From an uncultured Chitinophaga sp. (GTDB taxonomy: Bacteria > Bacteroidota > Bacteroidia > UBA7662), in NCBI GenBank assembly GCA_964577055.1, contig CAZNWC010000008.1:32673-96672 (forward strand): a stretch of 64,000 bases of DNA, in the 5' to 3' direction. Below are positions 1 through 10,631 of the stretch, piece after piece. Position 1 is the stretch's first letter; every line of letters begins with the position of its first letter. Below the pieces are notes generated by a model that made no database searches, was not told the origin of the DNA, and saw only the letters and a program-made list of their open reading frames with translations. The position numbers and the translations under genes are program-made.

Positions 1-615
1 GTAACGGTTACTGTGGGTACACTTAACATCGATGATATTGGTATCACGCAAATGTTAACACCTCAAAGTGTTCCAGCGCTGAACCAGCCATATGCTATCA
101 AGGTAGTTATTACCAACTTCGGTAATACGCCGGCAACTGGTTTCGACGTTGCCTACAGCATTGGCGGTGTAGAATTGAATGCCAATGCCATTAGCCGTAC
201 TGTTGCGCCTGGTGATACCATTCACCACATCTTTACACAGGCTTGGACACCAACAACGGGTGGTACCATTAAATGCTGCGTATACTCAAAATGGTCAAGC
301 GACGTCGACTTGAACAACGATACTACTTGCGCCACTTTCTTGAATGTAAGCGTTGAAGAGCAAGTTGGATTGGTTAGCCGGGTTTATCCGAATCCAGCTG
401 ACGGAATTGTGAACTTCGATTTTGGTGCAGCAGAAGGTGTTGGAACCTTGCAAATCAGAGACCAATTGGGTCGAGTAGTATACGCTACGACTGTAGATTT
501 GAGTCAAGGATCCTTGCATGAAGTGAAGACCCGCGAATTGGCAGCAGGAGTTTACAACTATCAGTTTATTCTTGAAGGCAAAGTGCAGCAAGGTCAGATC
601 ATGATTAGACGCTAA
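1..615 (+). CDS. T9SS type A sorting domain protein with CARDB/Ig-like domain (5'-truncated by window edge)
   Basis: Frame is open from base 1; CARDB-like 'ITNFGNTPA...DVDLNNDT'; C-terminal 'VYPNPADG...IRDQLGRVV...LAAGVYNY' type A CTD. Confidence 0.85.
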   Translation, partial: VTVTVGTLNIDDIGITQMLTPQSVPALNQPYAIKVVITNFGNTPATGFDVAYSIGGVELNANAISRTVAPGDTIHHIFTQAWTPTTGGTIKCCVYSKWSSDVDLNNDTTCATFLNVSVEEQVGLVSRVYPNPADGIVNFDFGAAEGVGTLQIRDQLGRVVYATTVDLSQGSLHEVKTRELAAGVYNYQFILEGKVQQGQIMIRR

Positions 616-632
616 TCAGATAGTATTTTTGT

Positions 633-669
633 AAATGAACGCCGGCCATGCGCCGGCGTTCGTATTTTT
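633..669 (+). terminator. Rho-independent terminator
   Basis: GAACGCCGGC-CATGC-GCCGGCGTTC stem followed by GTATTTTT just after the stop at 615. Confidence 0.8.
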
Positions 670-688
670 ATACCATTACAATTTGGAC

Positions 689-1252
689 ATGCGAGAATGG
701 CGGATTACACAATGGCTGATTAAACACCGAAAAAAGGTGTTATTGTTTGCTTTGCCATTTGTCTTGGCGATTGGTTTGGTGTTGGTTTGGCCAAATCAAA
801 CTTGCAATGATGCGACAGCAGATATGCAAGCACTGCTGCATGATCCATTTTTGGACGATTTACGACTCGTTTTAGACACAGTTGCGCTCGAGTCGCATTG
901 TGATTCATTCAGTGTAATTTTTGAGAAAAAGCTTTGGGTGTACAGCAATTGTAAACGGCAGAAGGCACCCTTAAAAGCTTCATTCAACGCAGCGGTCGAT
1001 GAAGGAATTGTTGAAGCTTGGATGAAAGCAAAAGGGATAGGAGCAGTGCATTACCACTTTCCTGGGTTGAGCATTGAATTTCAAACAAGCCTTTCAAGCC
1101 CATATGTATACCGAATGGTTTACAGTCGCGACAAGATAGGAAACCAACCCACTTTGCATTGGGTGCAATGCGATCAACTGTCTGAGACGAATCCTTCCCG
1201 CTTTTTTATTCGACTGGCCGATCATTGGTATCTGTCGGCAATAGCGCGCTAG
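689..1252 (+). CDS. hypothetical membrane-anchored protein
   Basis: ORF 635..1252; ATG 689 preferred because 635 lies inside the terminator; one N-terminal hydrophobic helix after a basic stretch. Confidence 0.6.
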   Translation: MREWRITQWLIKHRKKVLLFALPFVLAIGLVLVWPNQTCNDATADMQALLHDPFLDDLRLVLDTVALESHCDSFSVIFEKKLWVYSNCKRQKAPLKASFNAAVDEGIVEAWMKAKGIGAVHYHFPGLSIEFQTSLSSPYVYRMVYSRDKIGNQPTLHWVQCDQLSETNPSRFFIRLADHWYLSAIAR

Positions 1253-1253
1253 C

Positions 1254-3404
1254 TCAGTCGCAATTGGTTGCGATGCTCATGTTTTCGGGTGCTTCGAAAG
1301 GACGAGGACGCAGGTTTAAGTTTTTATCGGCATAAATCCGTTTAAAGAATTCGCCCCATATAGGCAATGCCGAATTAGCACCTCCACCCAAAGCAGTAGT
1401 TCTAAAGCGCACGGCACGGTCGTCGGCACCAACCCAGCAACCCGCGGCGAGGTCGGGTGTAATGCCGATAAACCAACCATCAGAGTTGTTTTGGGTAGTA
1501 CCGGTCTTACCGCCAATTTCATTGGTTAAATTGTACCTAAAACGCAAGCGTCTAGCGGTACCTTTATCAACAACGCCTTGGAGCAATTTGACCATGGCAT
1601 AGGCGGTTTCTTCGCTGAGGGCTTCTCTGGTCTCGGGATAAAACTCGGCAAGCACATTGCCGTTTTTATCTTCAATGCGTGTGAGAAATAGTGGTTGCGA
1701 CCATACTCCTTTGTTAGCAAATGTGGCATAAGCACCTACCATTTCATAAACGCTCATGTCGAACGCTCCTAAACATAAGCTCGGGAATGGTTCCATATCA
1801 CTGGTAATGCCCATGTTTCTGCTGAGCTGAATCACTGCTTCAGGACCTACTTGTTTCATGAGGTAGGCAACGATATTGTTGATTGAGCCGGCCAGGCCTT
1901 GAAACATATTCAATGCGCCACCATTTTTACCATCGTAGTTTTTCGGTGTCCAGTTTTGGAATTGCTCGAATGTGACGGGTTGATTGGGTATTTTCAAACA
2001 AGGATCAAAACCATTGTCGATGGCGAGGGTGTATACCATCGGTTTAAAAGTGGAGCCTGCTTGGCGTTTGGCCGTAGGATTCACGTGGTCGTATTGGGCG
2101 AAATCGATATCGATGCCCCCAACCCAAGCTTTGATTTGACCGCTATGGGGTTCCATGGCCATGAATCCTGTATGTAGGAACTTTTTCGCATACCGAATGC
2201 TGTCCATTGGGCTGATGAGCGTATCAATCCAGCCGTTCCAACTGAACAGCCTGGTTTCAACCGGGATATCAAACATCTGTTCTATCTCTTCGGTGGAATA
2301 GCCTTCTGCTTTAAGTGCACGGTAGCGATCGCTGCGCTTCATGCCCATGGTCAATATTTCTTCGTGCTCGCCCCAAGGTTCACGCCCTTTCCAATGATTG
2401 AAAAATGTTTCCTGCAAGTCCTTCATGTGTGCTTTTACCGCTTCTTCAGCATGTAATTGCATCCGCGAATCGAGTGTAGTGTACACCTTTAAACCGTCTT
2501 TGTACAAATTGTATTTTGATCCATCAGGTTTTCGGTTTTCTTCAATCCATTTATTCAATTCGATTCGAAGGTATTCCCTAAAGTAAGTGGCCAATCCAGC
2601 CGAGTGGGATTGGGGCCGTAAATCGAGTTTGATGGGCAATGATTTGATGCTATCGGCTTGCACATCGGGCAAATAGCCATACTTCACCATTTGGTTGATG
2701 ACGGTATTTCTGCGCAACAGCGATCGTTCAGGGTTACGTACTGGCGAGTACAAAGTAATGCCTTTCAGAATGCCAACCAAAACAGCAGCTTCTTGAACGT
2801 TTAGTTTTTTGACGTCTTTGTTGAAATAGGTTTTCGCTGCCGATTTGATGCCAAAACTGTTGTAGCCAAAGTCAACGGTATTGAGGTACATGGCCAATAT
2901 TTCAGGCTTTGTATACCTGCTTTCAAGCTGGATGGCAATGACCCACTCCTTGAATTTTTGCATGATACGTTCAGGGGTAGAGCTCGCTCTTTGTCCACTG
3001 AAAAGATTTAAAGCAAGCTGTTGGGTGATGGTACTAGCCCCTCCTTTGCTACCCAAGAAGACAATTGCCCGCATCAATCCGCGAATATCAATACCGCTGT
3101 GGCGCTCAAAACGCGCATCTTCAGTGGCAATCAAGGCTTGAATGAGGTAGGGCGATAGCTCTTCGTACTTCGTAAATGAACGGTTCTGGATGTAGTATTT
3201 CCCCAGAACAACACCATCCGCAGAAATCACCTCGGTGGCCAGTGAGCTTTTTGGATTTTCGAGGTCCTCAAATGTGGGCAATTCACCGAAAAAACCTGCA
3301 CTGATGCCATAGAAAAATACAACGACCAGAAGGATTCCGGCTCCAAATATCAACCAGAAACGGAGGATATACTTCATATATCCAGATGCTTGTTTGGCAG
3401 CCAT
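1254..3404 (-). CDS. mrcA: penicillin-binding protein 1A (transglycosylase/transpeptidase)
   Basis: GT51 motifs 'ATEDARFERHSGID' and 'GASTITQQLA'; transpeptidase SxxK 'GSTFK', 'SIN', 'KTGT'. Confidence 0.93.
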   Translation of the reverse strand: MAAKQASGYMKYILRFWLIFGAGILLVVVFFYGISAGFFGELPTFEDLENPKSSLATEVISADGVVLGKYYIQNRSFTKYEELSPYLIQALIATEDARFERHSGIDIRGLMRAIVFLGSKGGASTITQQLALNLFSGQRASSTPERIMQKFKEWVIAIQLESRYTKPEILAMYLNTVDFGYNSFGIKSAAKTYFNKDVKKLNVQEAAVLVGILKGITLYSPVRNPERSLLRRNTVINQMVKYGYLPDVQADSIKSLPIKLDLRPQSHSAGLATYFREYLRIELNKWIEENRKPDGSKYNLYKDGLKVYTTLDSRMQLHAEEAVKAHMKDLQETFFNHWKGREPWGEHEEILTMGMKRSDRYRALKAEGYSTEEIEQMFDIPVETRLFSWNGWIDTLISPMDSIRYAKKFLHTGFMAMEPHSGQIKAWVGGIDIDFAQYDHVNPTAKRQAGSTFKPMVYTLAIDNGFDPCLKIPNQPVTFEQFQNWTPKNYDGKNGGALNMFQGLAGSINNIVAYLMKQVGPEAVIQLSRNMGITSDMEPFPSLCLGAFDMSVYEMVGAYATFANKGVWSQPLFLTRIEDKNGNVLAEFYPETREALSEETAYAMVKLLQGVVDKGTARRLRFRYNLTNEIGGKTGTTQNNSDGWFIGITPDLAAGCWVGADDRAVRFRTTALGGGANSALPIWGEFFKRIYADKNLNLRPRPFEAPENMSIATNCD

Positions 3405-3409
3405 AATGC

Positions 3410-5995
3410 TTAATTGTTGGGATATTGCTTTTGGTAAAAGGCCATATAGTCCTTCAAAGCGTTGTTCTTATACAAGTCATTGAAGTTTTCTTTGGCTGCA
3501 ATAAAGGTAAGGTATTTCCCTGCTGGCAAGTCTTTGAGCAAATCTTTGTTTTCTTTGGCCACGACGGCATATTCCAAGGCTTTGCGTTCATTCGGCAGCT
3601 CTCTTACCACCAAAAGCTGGTATTCTTTGCCATAAAGCATGGTTGTAATGCGCAACCGGTTGTTCCTGAAATTGCTGTCATTGAAGTTGGCCAGTTTCAA
3701 TTGAATTTCTTTGTGCTGACTGTACGTCCGCAAATCAATGGCCAAAATGTAATAATGGGATTCTTCTGGGCGCTTTTTGAATTTGTCGGCTTCTCCTGCT
3801 CCCAGGAGGGCTGCTTTTTTCGCAGGATCGAGGTAAGAAATTACTTCCAATGCCAAGGCACTTACCTCGTGGTTGGGATAACGACTTACCAAGGTTAGGA
3901 GCGCTTTGCGCATTTGGCTGGTGTCGCTGATGGCCCCTTCACACATTGCATTTAAAAATTCGAAATTGGGTATAAGTGGGTGTCCCGCATATTTCGCACT
4001 TGCCTCCGTTGACATTTGTCTGACTTCTTTGTATTTACGCTGCTCATACATTTTGTAAGTACGTTCATACAGCAATTCACAAGCAGCATCATTGCTCGCC
4101 TGTGGTTTGGGAGTTACAGTTTCGGGCGAGGTGAGCAAAAGGGCAAAAGGCGATTGGGGATAGGTGCTGATGAGGGTTTGGTGCCGAGCCTCCTTTAAGT
4201 CAGCTTTATTGGTGAGTTCATATACCAGTCCTAAGCGGTACAAGGCTTCGTCTTCTTTTTTACTGCCTGGATGCTCTTTGAGCAATTGCTCGTAGTAACC
4301 AATGGATTTGCCATAATCGTCGAGCTTTTCGCGGTAAAGGCCGCCCAAAGCAAACAGGGCTTCTTGGATTTGCTCTGCGGCTCGTTTTCTCGCTTCTTCG
4401 GTACGCGGAATGCGGGCCAGGTATTTCGACCGGGGATCAGCGGCATCTAGCGTTTCGTCTAAGTTTACATTTTGACTACCGTCACCAGTATTATCGCCGC
4501 CGTCTTGATTAACCTTGTCTTTTTTACTGCGCCTCCAGTCATCGGCCAATTCGCGGGTTCCCCACTTTTGTAAAAACTGGCTGTAGCCCAATGATGCCGT
4601 TTGCTGATTGTAGAAATACCATTCACTGCTGCCACCAGCTCCCATATTTCCACCAGGAATGGGTTGTTTGCCAGGTAATGACGGGTTATTGTTCACGGGA
4701 TTTTCTTTCTCAAATCTTTCCTGATCTTTTCTTTTTCGCTCCTCTTTGATTTGTTTGTCGATGATTTTGTTCAGCTGGTTTTCGGGCATTTTTGCCAGCT
4801 TCAGCAAGCTGTCTTGTTCAGCAATAATGTTTAAATTTTTCACCAGCTCACCCAAATACGCTTTTTTGCCTTGGACCTCTTTGTACTTGGGATGCTCTTT
4901 GGCCAAAATGGTGGCGGTACTGTCGTAATACAATTGCGACTGCGGGTAGTCTTGGGCTTTGAAAAAGTGTTCAGCCAAAGTGAGGTAACTTTTGCTTTTT
5001 TGTTGTGTGTTTTTGGTGCTGCTCGCCACCGACAAACGCAACATGGCAACGCCCTCTTCCGCTGCCTTGTCTTTGAAGGCCAGCATGGCCAATTCATAAT
5101 AGATCTCGTCGAAGTAATCTTTGTTTTTTTCGTCTTTGAGCAGCTGCCGCAATTGTTTGCGTGCTTGCTTGGCCGTTACACTTTTGCCATCATACAAACG
5201 GGCAATATTCATTCTGGCCTGGAATTGCATTTCATAAACCGGCTTCTTCTTCAATGTGGTTTTGAATTGCTCACCGGCCAAACGCGGATTGTTCAAGGCA
5301 TATATTTGCCCCAGAATAAAATGAGCCCTTGCTTCTTGGCCCCTGCTTGTGCCTGTTTCAAGGAGTTGTTGCAGTGGCTGAACTGCTTGGTCGTACCTTT
5401 TTTGTTGCAAATAGAACGATGCACGGATGCTGTGAAACTCACTCCGGTATTCCTTTGGGAAATTTTTGTTGTTGATGATGATGTCGATTCCGCCTTGTGC
5501 CTTGGCAAACTGACCACTGGCAATGTAGGCCCTAATGAGCCAAAGCAGCGCTTCATTGGCAATAGGATCGCGTTTCCAACGGGTGTAAACGTATTGAAAG
5601 CTCTCAATGGCCTCAAAATACTCTCGCTTCATGAAATAGGCCTTGCCGATCAATAAAAAACTGTTGTCAACCCATTTGCTGATGTCGTGGTTTTGGATGA
5701 CGTTTGAGCTTTTTTTGATCACCTCATCGAATTGAGGATAAAAATTGGCTGCCGCCGCTTGCGAACCGTAAACCTCAAGTGGAATAATTTCAACATAGTC
5801 GTCTTTGTGTGCTTTTCGTATATCCTTGAGCGCCTCGTCGTACTTCGTTTTAGCGTTGTAGTACCCATTGAAGCGTGCTGTAGTGTTGTGGTAAAATCGT
5901 TTGAAGGAACTGTCACGTCCACAACCTGCGAATAAGGTTAGCAGCAGCAAGGCCAATAGAAGTCTGCGGGGAAATACCACTTTTTGTAAAAACAT
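3410..5995 (-). CDS. sprE: T9SS/gliding TPR lipoprotein SprE/PorW family
   Basis: Lipobox FAGC; 'FYHNTTARFNGYYNA' N-terminus; many TPRs; 'WYFYN...F..KWG.R.L.DDWRRS' motif. Confidence 0.85.
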   Translation of the reverse strand: MFLQKVVFPRRLLLALLLLTLFAGCGRDSSFKRFYHNTTARFNGYYNAKTKYDEALKDIRKAHKDDYVEIIPLEVYGSQAAAANFYPQFDEVIKKSSNVIQNHDISKWVDNSFLLIGKAYFMKREYFEAIESFQYVYTRWKRDPIANEALLWLIRAYIASGQFAKAQGGIDIIINNKNFPKEYRSEFHSIRASFYLQQKRYDQAVQPLQQLLETGTSRGQEARAHFILGQIYALNNPRLAGEQFKTTLKKKPVYEMQFQARMNIARLYDGKSVTAKQARKQLRQLLKDEKNKDYFDEIYYELAMLAFKDKAAEEGVAMLRLSVASSTKNTQQKSKSYLTLAEHFFKAQDYPQSQLYYDSTATILAKEHPKYKEVQGKKAYLGELVKNLNIIAEQDSLLKLAKMPENQLNKIIDKQIKEERKRKDQERFEKENPVNNNPSLPGKQPIPGGNMGAGGSSEWYFYNQQTASLGYSQFLQKWGTRELADDWRRSKKDKVNQDGGDNTGDGSQNVNLDETLDAADPRSKYLARIPRTEEARKRAAEQIQEALFALGGLYREKLDDYGKSIGYYEQLLKEHPGSKKEDEALYRLGLVYELTNKADLKEARHQTLISTYPQSPFALLLTSPETVTPKPQASNDAACELLYERTYKMYEQRKYKEVRQMSTEASAKYAGHPLIPNFEFLNAMCEGAISDTSQMRKALLTLVSRYPNHEVSALALEVISYLDPAKKAALLGAGEADKFKKRPEESHYYILAIDLRTYSQHKEIQLKLANFNDSNFRNNRLRITTMLYGKEYQLLVVRELPNERKALEYAVVAKENKDLLKDLPAGKYLTFIAAKENFNDLYKNNALKDYMAFYQKQYPNN

Positions 5996-6018
5996 GCCTC
6001 TTTAGAACAGCACGGTTG

Positions 6019-6026
6019 CAAAAATA
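6019..6026 (-). promoter_or_regulatory. Bacteroidota housekeeping -7 element (TATTTTTG) for sprE
   Basis: Matches TAnnTTTG on the minus strand 23 nt before the start. Confidence 0.55.
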
Positions 6027-6068
6027 TTTTATTTCACCCGTAAAGCCTCCATGCAAATCAATTAAGTA

Positions 6069-9000
6069 TCAGAAGCTGCCCTTCCAAGACTCAGGGAGCC
6101 AAGGTATACGTCGGAGGAGCCGGTCCTGGATGAATCGTGTGGGCTTTTCGAGCAATTCGGCTGTCGTGTTGTAGTTTTCTGTATAGCTCACACCAACACC
6201 CTGCCTGTAATTCGATTCCCTGTTTACGATGATGCGGTCATCGATTTTATTGAAAGCCTTCACCCTGAAGTTTCCATCGGGCGTGATCAGGTATTCCACG
6301 ATTACTTCTCCCGCCAGGTTTTGCGCACTGGTATTTCCTGTCGTACCGGGCTGTAAGGTATTGCCTACATTGCCATCAATACGTACGCGATCATTGAACA
6401 GGGTGGTATTCAAAGCTACTGTAATATCGTTCCGGGTAACGTCAGTTACTGTTCCCAAATTGCTGCTTCGGTAGTTGATGCCAATGTTCACGTTGTCGAA
6501 CATTTGCGACAGCACCGCATTCAGTTGATTACTGAGTACTTCGGTGAGCGAATTAGCGCCAGTACTTCCAATAAAGGTGGTTGCCTGGGGAGCATTGTCG
6601 GTAGGAATGAACTGACCGGCTACCAACAGTCCCAAAACTTGGTTGTTTAATTCTTGCTCGTTGTTGTTGATGTTCTGAATGCGCGCAACCAGAACATCAC
6701 TGGCATCATTTTCATTCACCGTAGGCAATTTGATTTCAAAATTGATGTTAGGGCGCAACAAGGAGCCGGTAAGCTTCAGATAGGTGTCTACGTTCATGTA
6801 CGTGCGCGATCTGCCGCTGCTACGGTCAACGAGTATGCGTTGTGCATCGGTGAGCAGTGGGAGTACATTGGCGCGTTGACGGTAAACGGCGTTGAGGTTG
6901 ATGGTGGCATCGTAGGGATCACCTGTCCATTGAATGGTACTGCCCTCAGATATGCGAAAGCGCTTGCTGGGAATATTGGCCAAGGTGAAAGAATAATCAC
7001 CACCGCTGAAGGTGTAGTTGCCAAACATCTGTATCTCGCCTTGCGGATTCATCTGAAATTCAATGGCACCAGCACCCCGTCCGCGAATGATGTCACCTGC
7101 AACTCGATCGAAGATGATTGAAAATTCTGCATCGGGCGTGGCTGTGACATTCATGCCGAAATTGACACCGCTGACTTCAAATCCCTTTTCTTCTACAACT
7201 TCTTGAATAGTGTCGGCCTTGTTGATAAAAGTGATAAAATCAAGATTGGCGCGATTGGTTTCAGCATCCAACGGAATGGCGAATCGTGTACCTCTTTCCG
7301 TAGCAGCCCTGATTTGAATGTCCACCAAATCAATTGGGCCTGTAAAAGTGGCGAGCCCACTCAACCTGCCTGTGCCAAAATAGGCGTCTGTAAAATTGGG
7401 TTCGGTGTTGAGTACCAGAAGGTCTTCTGCACGCAATTGTAAGTCGAGGCGGGTACGACGAAATGATTGGTGGGTGATGCGTCCACTGAGGCTCCCTTTA
7501 CCGCCGCTGTCATCCGTAATGGCAGCTTCATCGAATTCAATGCTGCTGGGGGTGAATTTTACCCGCTTGTTGATGTTGTAGTATTGGTTCAGAAAGTCAA
7601 CACGGGTCCGCGCATTTTCCAATTCCGCTTCGCCAGTCAAGGCAAGTTGGTTCCAATTGCCTTTTAAATACAGCAAAGCAGTGGCCCTGCCACTCACATC
7701 GCTAAAGGTAGGCGCCAGCAGCTGCTCAAGCGGATGGATGGGAGAGTGGTTGAGTCTGGCTTGCAAATCTACCCGATTGACGTCCTGGGGACTGCCAAGC
7801 GTTCCTGAGATCAAAGCCAAGGTATCGTTTTCGGTAAGCAATTGTGCATACAAATCGGCTTGCTGACGGTCAACGTCATAGGTTGAGGTAATTCCCAAAT
7901 CGCCCAAGGGTTGCCCATCTACCACCAATTCGCTGATATCGACTTTTCCATAAACAGCGGTTTGTCCCAATACCGATTGGGCCTGCAAGGCCACATTGGC
8001 ATATCCTTCTGCCGAGGTTTTGTAAACCGCAAGCAGCGGGTTGAGTTGTTGCAAGTCTACGTTTTGCATGCCCAACAACAGGGTGTCGTACTGCGACTTG
8101 CCAATTCGGCCTTGCAATTGCACGTGTTGAATGCCTTGCTGAAATTGTAAATCAGGGATGAGCATTCCGGTCTTGTTGAAGACGATATGCCCATTTTGCT
8201 GCAATTCCCACGCATTGTCATACACCGAAATGGATGAAGGGGCAAATTGTAGGCTTGGATTGGCCGTGGTAAAATCAATTTGACCATCGAGCTGTAAGTC
8301 ATTATACGCTTCTTCACCCATGGCACGCACCTGAAAATCGAGGGTATCGTTGCGCAGTGCTTGTTCGAGGCTGATTTGCTGCGCCAATAGGGTATTGTCA
8401 TACCAAAGTGTATCGGCGTATACATCAATGAATAGGCGATCGTTGTTTGAGCTACCGAGCAACTGGAGGTTTTGTATGCGCCAATTGTTTTGGCGCAGTA
8501 CGGGGGCCTCTAAAACCAAATCCATTTCGTTGTTAGCGGCACGGAATAACGCATGCCCCTTCAAGGCGCCTATGCTGTATTTATCAGGCGCCAGCCAATC
8601 GGCCAGTTTTTGTGCTTCCCAAATATCTGCATGGGCTTCAAAGTATTGTGATGAATCGGTAAGTGGCGGCTGCTCTGCTTTTCTCACATAATGCATCACG
8701 TAGTGCTCCATCAAGGTGGGGAAAGTAGTCCAACCAAAATGACCCCTGATTTCCGCTTCACCAATCGGACTCCGCAGGCTTAATACACGGGGATCGCGGG
8801 CATCTGACGAGGCCAGCAAATTGATTTCATCAAGTTCTATGATGCGCTTGTTGAGTCCAAGTCGCATCAGCCGAAAGTTCAGTTCTCCCAAAAGATTGTC
8901 AATGCTGTTGCCTTCACCACACAGTTCAGCATAGCCACTCAACCCCAAAGTATCTTTTGTCCATCCCAGCGCTTGAAATTGAATGGTATCAATTTCAGCA

Positions 9001-10559
9001 GTAAAGTTGAACGAAGGGCGCTCGCCTCTTAAATCGGCCATGCCAAAGAAGCGGAGTTGCGCATTGCTATCGGCTATGCTCAAACTTCCGCTGTAGGATT
9101 GCCGGTTGAGATAGCCATTCAACTGCAGCTGCTGATACCGGTAGCCTGCATAATCAACATAATCTACATGTCCTTCGAGTTGTCCTTCAAAGACTTCCCA
9201 GTTATTGCCCTTGCCGGCTAGATTGGTTTCAAGCGAAATCCATCCCAGACTGCTATCTCCGGTGAGCTCGGCCAGGTGAAAGTCGCGAAGCACCAACAAG
9301 CCTTTGTAGCTCGACGACACGGGGTGGAGTTTGACGTTCAGGTCACTCCGTATTTCGCCTAAATTGGTTTCAAATGTGCCTTGGGCAACAAAATCGCTGG
9401 GGTAGCCAAATGCATTTCCACGCATCGACAAATACCGCAACCCCTGCAGCTGAGGGGGCAATGAGTCGATACGCAAGGCAGTAGTTATTTCAGGCCAGTC
9501 AAAAAAGGCTTCATCGAATTGTAAATCGTACAAAGCCTCACGGTATTCGGGTAGACCGGTAATACTCAAATCGCCTTTGATAAAGGTGTGTTGTCCAAAA
9601 CGCAAGGTCAAACGCTTGGTTTTTAGCCGTGAAAGTTTACCCGTAATGGCACCTTCGGCGTACAATGAAGCATTAGGGGCTTGGCTGCCGAGTAGCCAAC
9701 GCAAATCGGAGGTCCCGAGCGACATTTTACGGATGCGTGCATCGATGCGCACGCGGTTGAAAAAGTCATCGAGGTCATCGATGTTTCCGTAGTGAAATTT
9801 GATGCTGGCTTGGGCAGAACTGTTTGTTGATTTGAACTGCAATGCATCGAATCGCATGCCATCGGGCAAAATGGCCAATCGGGTGGTGATTTCCTGCACT
9901 GCCAATCCGCTGCTTTCGATGAAAGCCAAATTTTGGAGATGCATCGATAAGCTATCGGCCGATGAATTGATGCTGTCGATGGCCAGGTGGATGTTTTCGA
10001 CTTGCCAATGGGCCGGGTCAAAACCATCGATTTTGCGCGAATGTGTATCGTCTTGCCACAGCAGTGCACCATCATGCACAACCAAGCCATCGAGCTTGAA
10101 GCGCAAAGGGGCGGCCGTATCTGAAGTGTCTGATTGATCGGCACTCAAAAAGCGCAGCAAAAAATCATAATTGAAAGTAGCTTCATACGCTTTCCGTCGA
10201 ATTCGTGCATCGATCTTGCCAATTTCCAGCTTGCGTATATCAAGGACATTGGAGAAAAATGGGAGTCCTGCAAAGCCAAGTCGCAGTGAATCAGCCAAAA
10301 TCAAGGTATCGCCATAGTGGTCTTCGATGTACAATTGACCTATTTCAATGCGGCGCATGGGCTTAAACCGGAAGCCTTCAATGCGCACTTGCGTTTTGAG
10401 CGCACTCCCCAGGCCCTTCGCAATTTGCTCGCCGGTAAATTCTTGCAAAGTGGCATTGAGCAACAGCAGGAACAATGCAAAACAGCCTGTGAACATTGCT
10501 GCCAGTAACCTGAACTGGAAGCGCAATAAGGTGGCGATATAATGCGTGTATTTGTTCAA
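6069..10559 (-). CDS. tamB: translocation/assembly module TamB domain protein
   Basis: 1496 aa, N-terminal anchor, beta-rich, C-terminal DUF490-like 'WTGDPYDATINLNAVY...LFNDRVRIDGNVG...YRQGVGVSY'; divergent from tsaD; start uncertain. Confidence 0.85.
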   Translation of the reverse strand: MNKYTHYIATLLRFQFRLLAAMFTGCFALFLLLLNATLQEFTGEQIAKGLGSALKTQVRIEGFRFKPMRRIEIGQLYIEDHYGDTLILADSLRLGFAGLPFFSNVLDIRKLEIGKIDARIRRKAYEATFNYDFLLRFLSADQSDTSDTAAPLRFKLDGLVVHDGALLWQDDTHSRKIDGFDPAHWQVENIHLAIDSINSSADSLSMHLQNLAFIESSGLAVQEITTRLAILPDGMRFDALQFKSTNSSAQASIKFHYGNIDDLDDFFNRVRIDARIRKMSLGTSDLRWLLGSQAPNASLYAEGAITGKLSRLKTKRLTLRFGQHTFIKGDLSITGLPEYREALYDLQFDEAFFDWPEITTALRIDSLPPQLQGLRYLSMRGNAFGYPSDFVAQGTFETNLGEIRSDLNVKLHPVSSSYKGLLVLRDFHLAELTGDSSLGWISLETNLAGKGNNWEVFEGQLEGHVDYVDYAGYRYQQLQLNGYLNRQSYSGSLSIADSNAQLRFFGMADLRGERPSFNFTAEIDTIQFQALGWTKDTLGLSGYAELCGEGNSIDNLLGELNFRLMRLGLNKRIIELDEINLLASSDARDPRVLSLRSPIGEAEIRGHFGWTTFPTLMEHYVMHYVRKAEQPPLTDSSQYFEAHADIWEAQKLADWLAPDKYSIGALKGHALFRAANNEMDLVLEAPVLRQNNWRIQNLQLLGSSNNDRLFIDVYADTLWYDNTLLAQQISLEQALRNDTLDFQVRAMGEEAYNDLQLDGQIDFTTANPSLQFAPSSISVYDNAWELQQNGHIVFNKTGMLIPDLQFQQGIQHVQLQGRIGKSQYDTLLLGMQNVDLQQLNPLLAVYKTSAEGYANVALQAQSVLGQTAVYGKVDISELVVDGQPLGDLGITSTYDVDRQQADLYAQLLTENDTLALISGTLGSPQDVNRVDLQARLNHSPIHPLEQLLAPTFSDVSGRATALLYLKGNWNQLALTGEAELENARTRVDFLNQYYNINKRVKFTPSSIEFDEAAITDDSGGKGSLSGRITHQSFRRTRLDLQLRAEDLLVLNTEPNFTDAYFGTGRLSGLATFTGPIDLVDIQIRAATERGTRFAIPLDAETNRANLDFITFINKADTIQEVVEEKGFEVSGVNFGMNVTATPDAEFSIIFDRVAGDIIRGRGAGAIEFQMNPQGEIQMFGNYTFSGGDYSFTLANIPSKRFRISEGSTIQWTGDPYDATINLNAVYRQRANVLPLLTDAQRILVDRSSGRSRTYMNVDTYLKLTGSLLRPNINFEIKLPTVNENDASDVLVARIQNINNNEQELNNQVLGLLVAGQFIPTDNAPQATTFIGSTGANSLTEVLSNQLNAVLSQMFDNVNIGINYRSSNLGTVTDVTRNDITVALNTTLFNDRVRIDGNVGNTLQPGTTGNTSAQNLAGEVIVEYLITPDGNFRVKAFNKIDDRIIVNRESNYRQGVGVSYTENYNTTAELLEKPTRFIQDRLLRRIPWLPESWKGSF

Positions 10560-10631
10560 AGAAGATTGATTCGCTGCTATTTTGCTGCAAAATAGCGACC
10601 TTTGCTGCTAATTACGTAATTAAACTCATGC

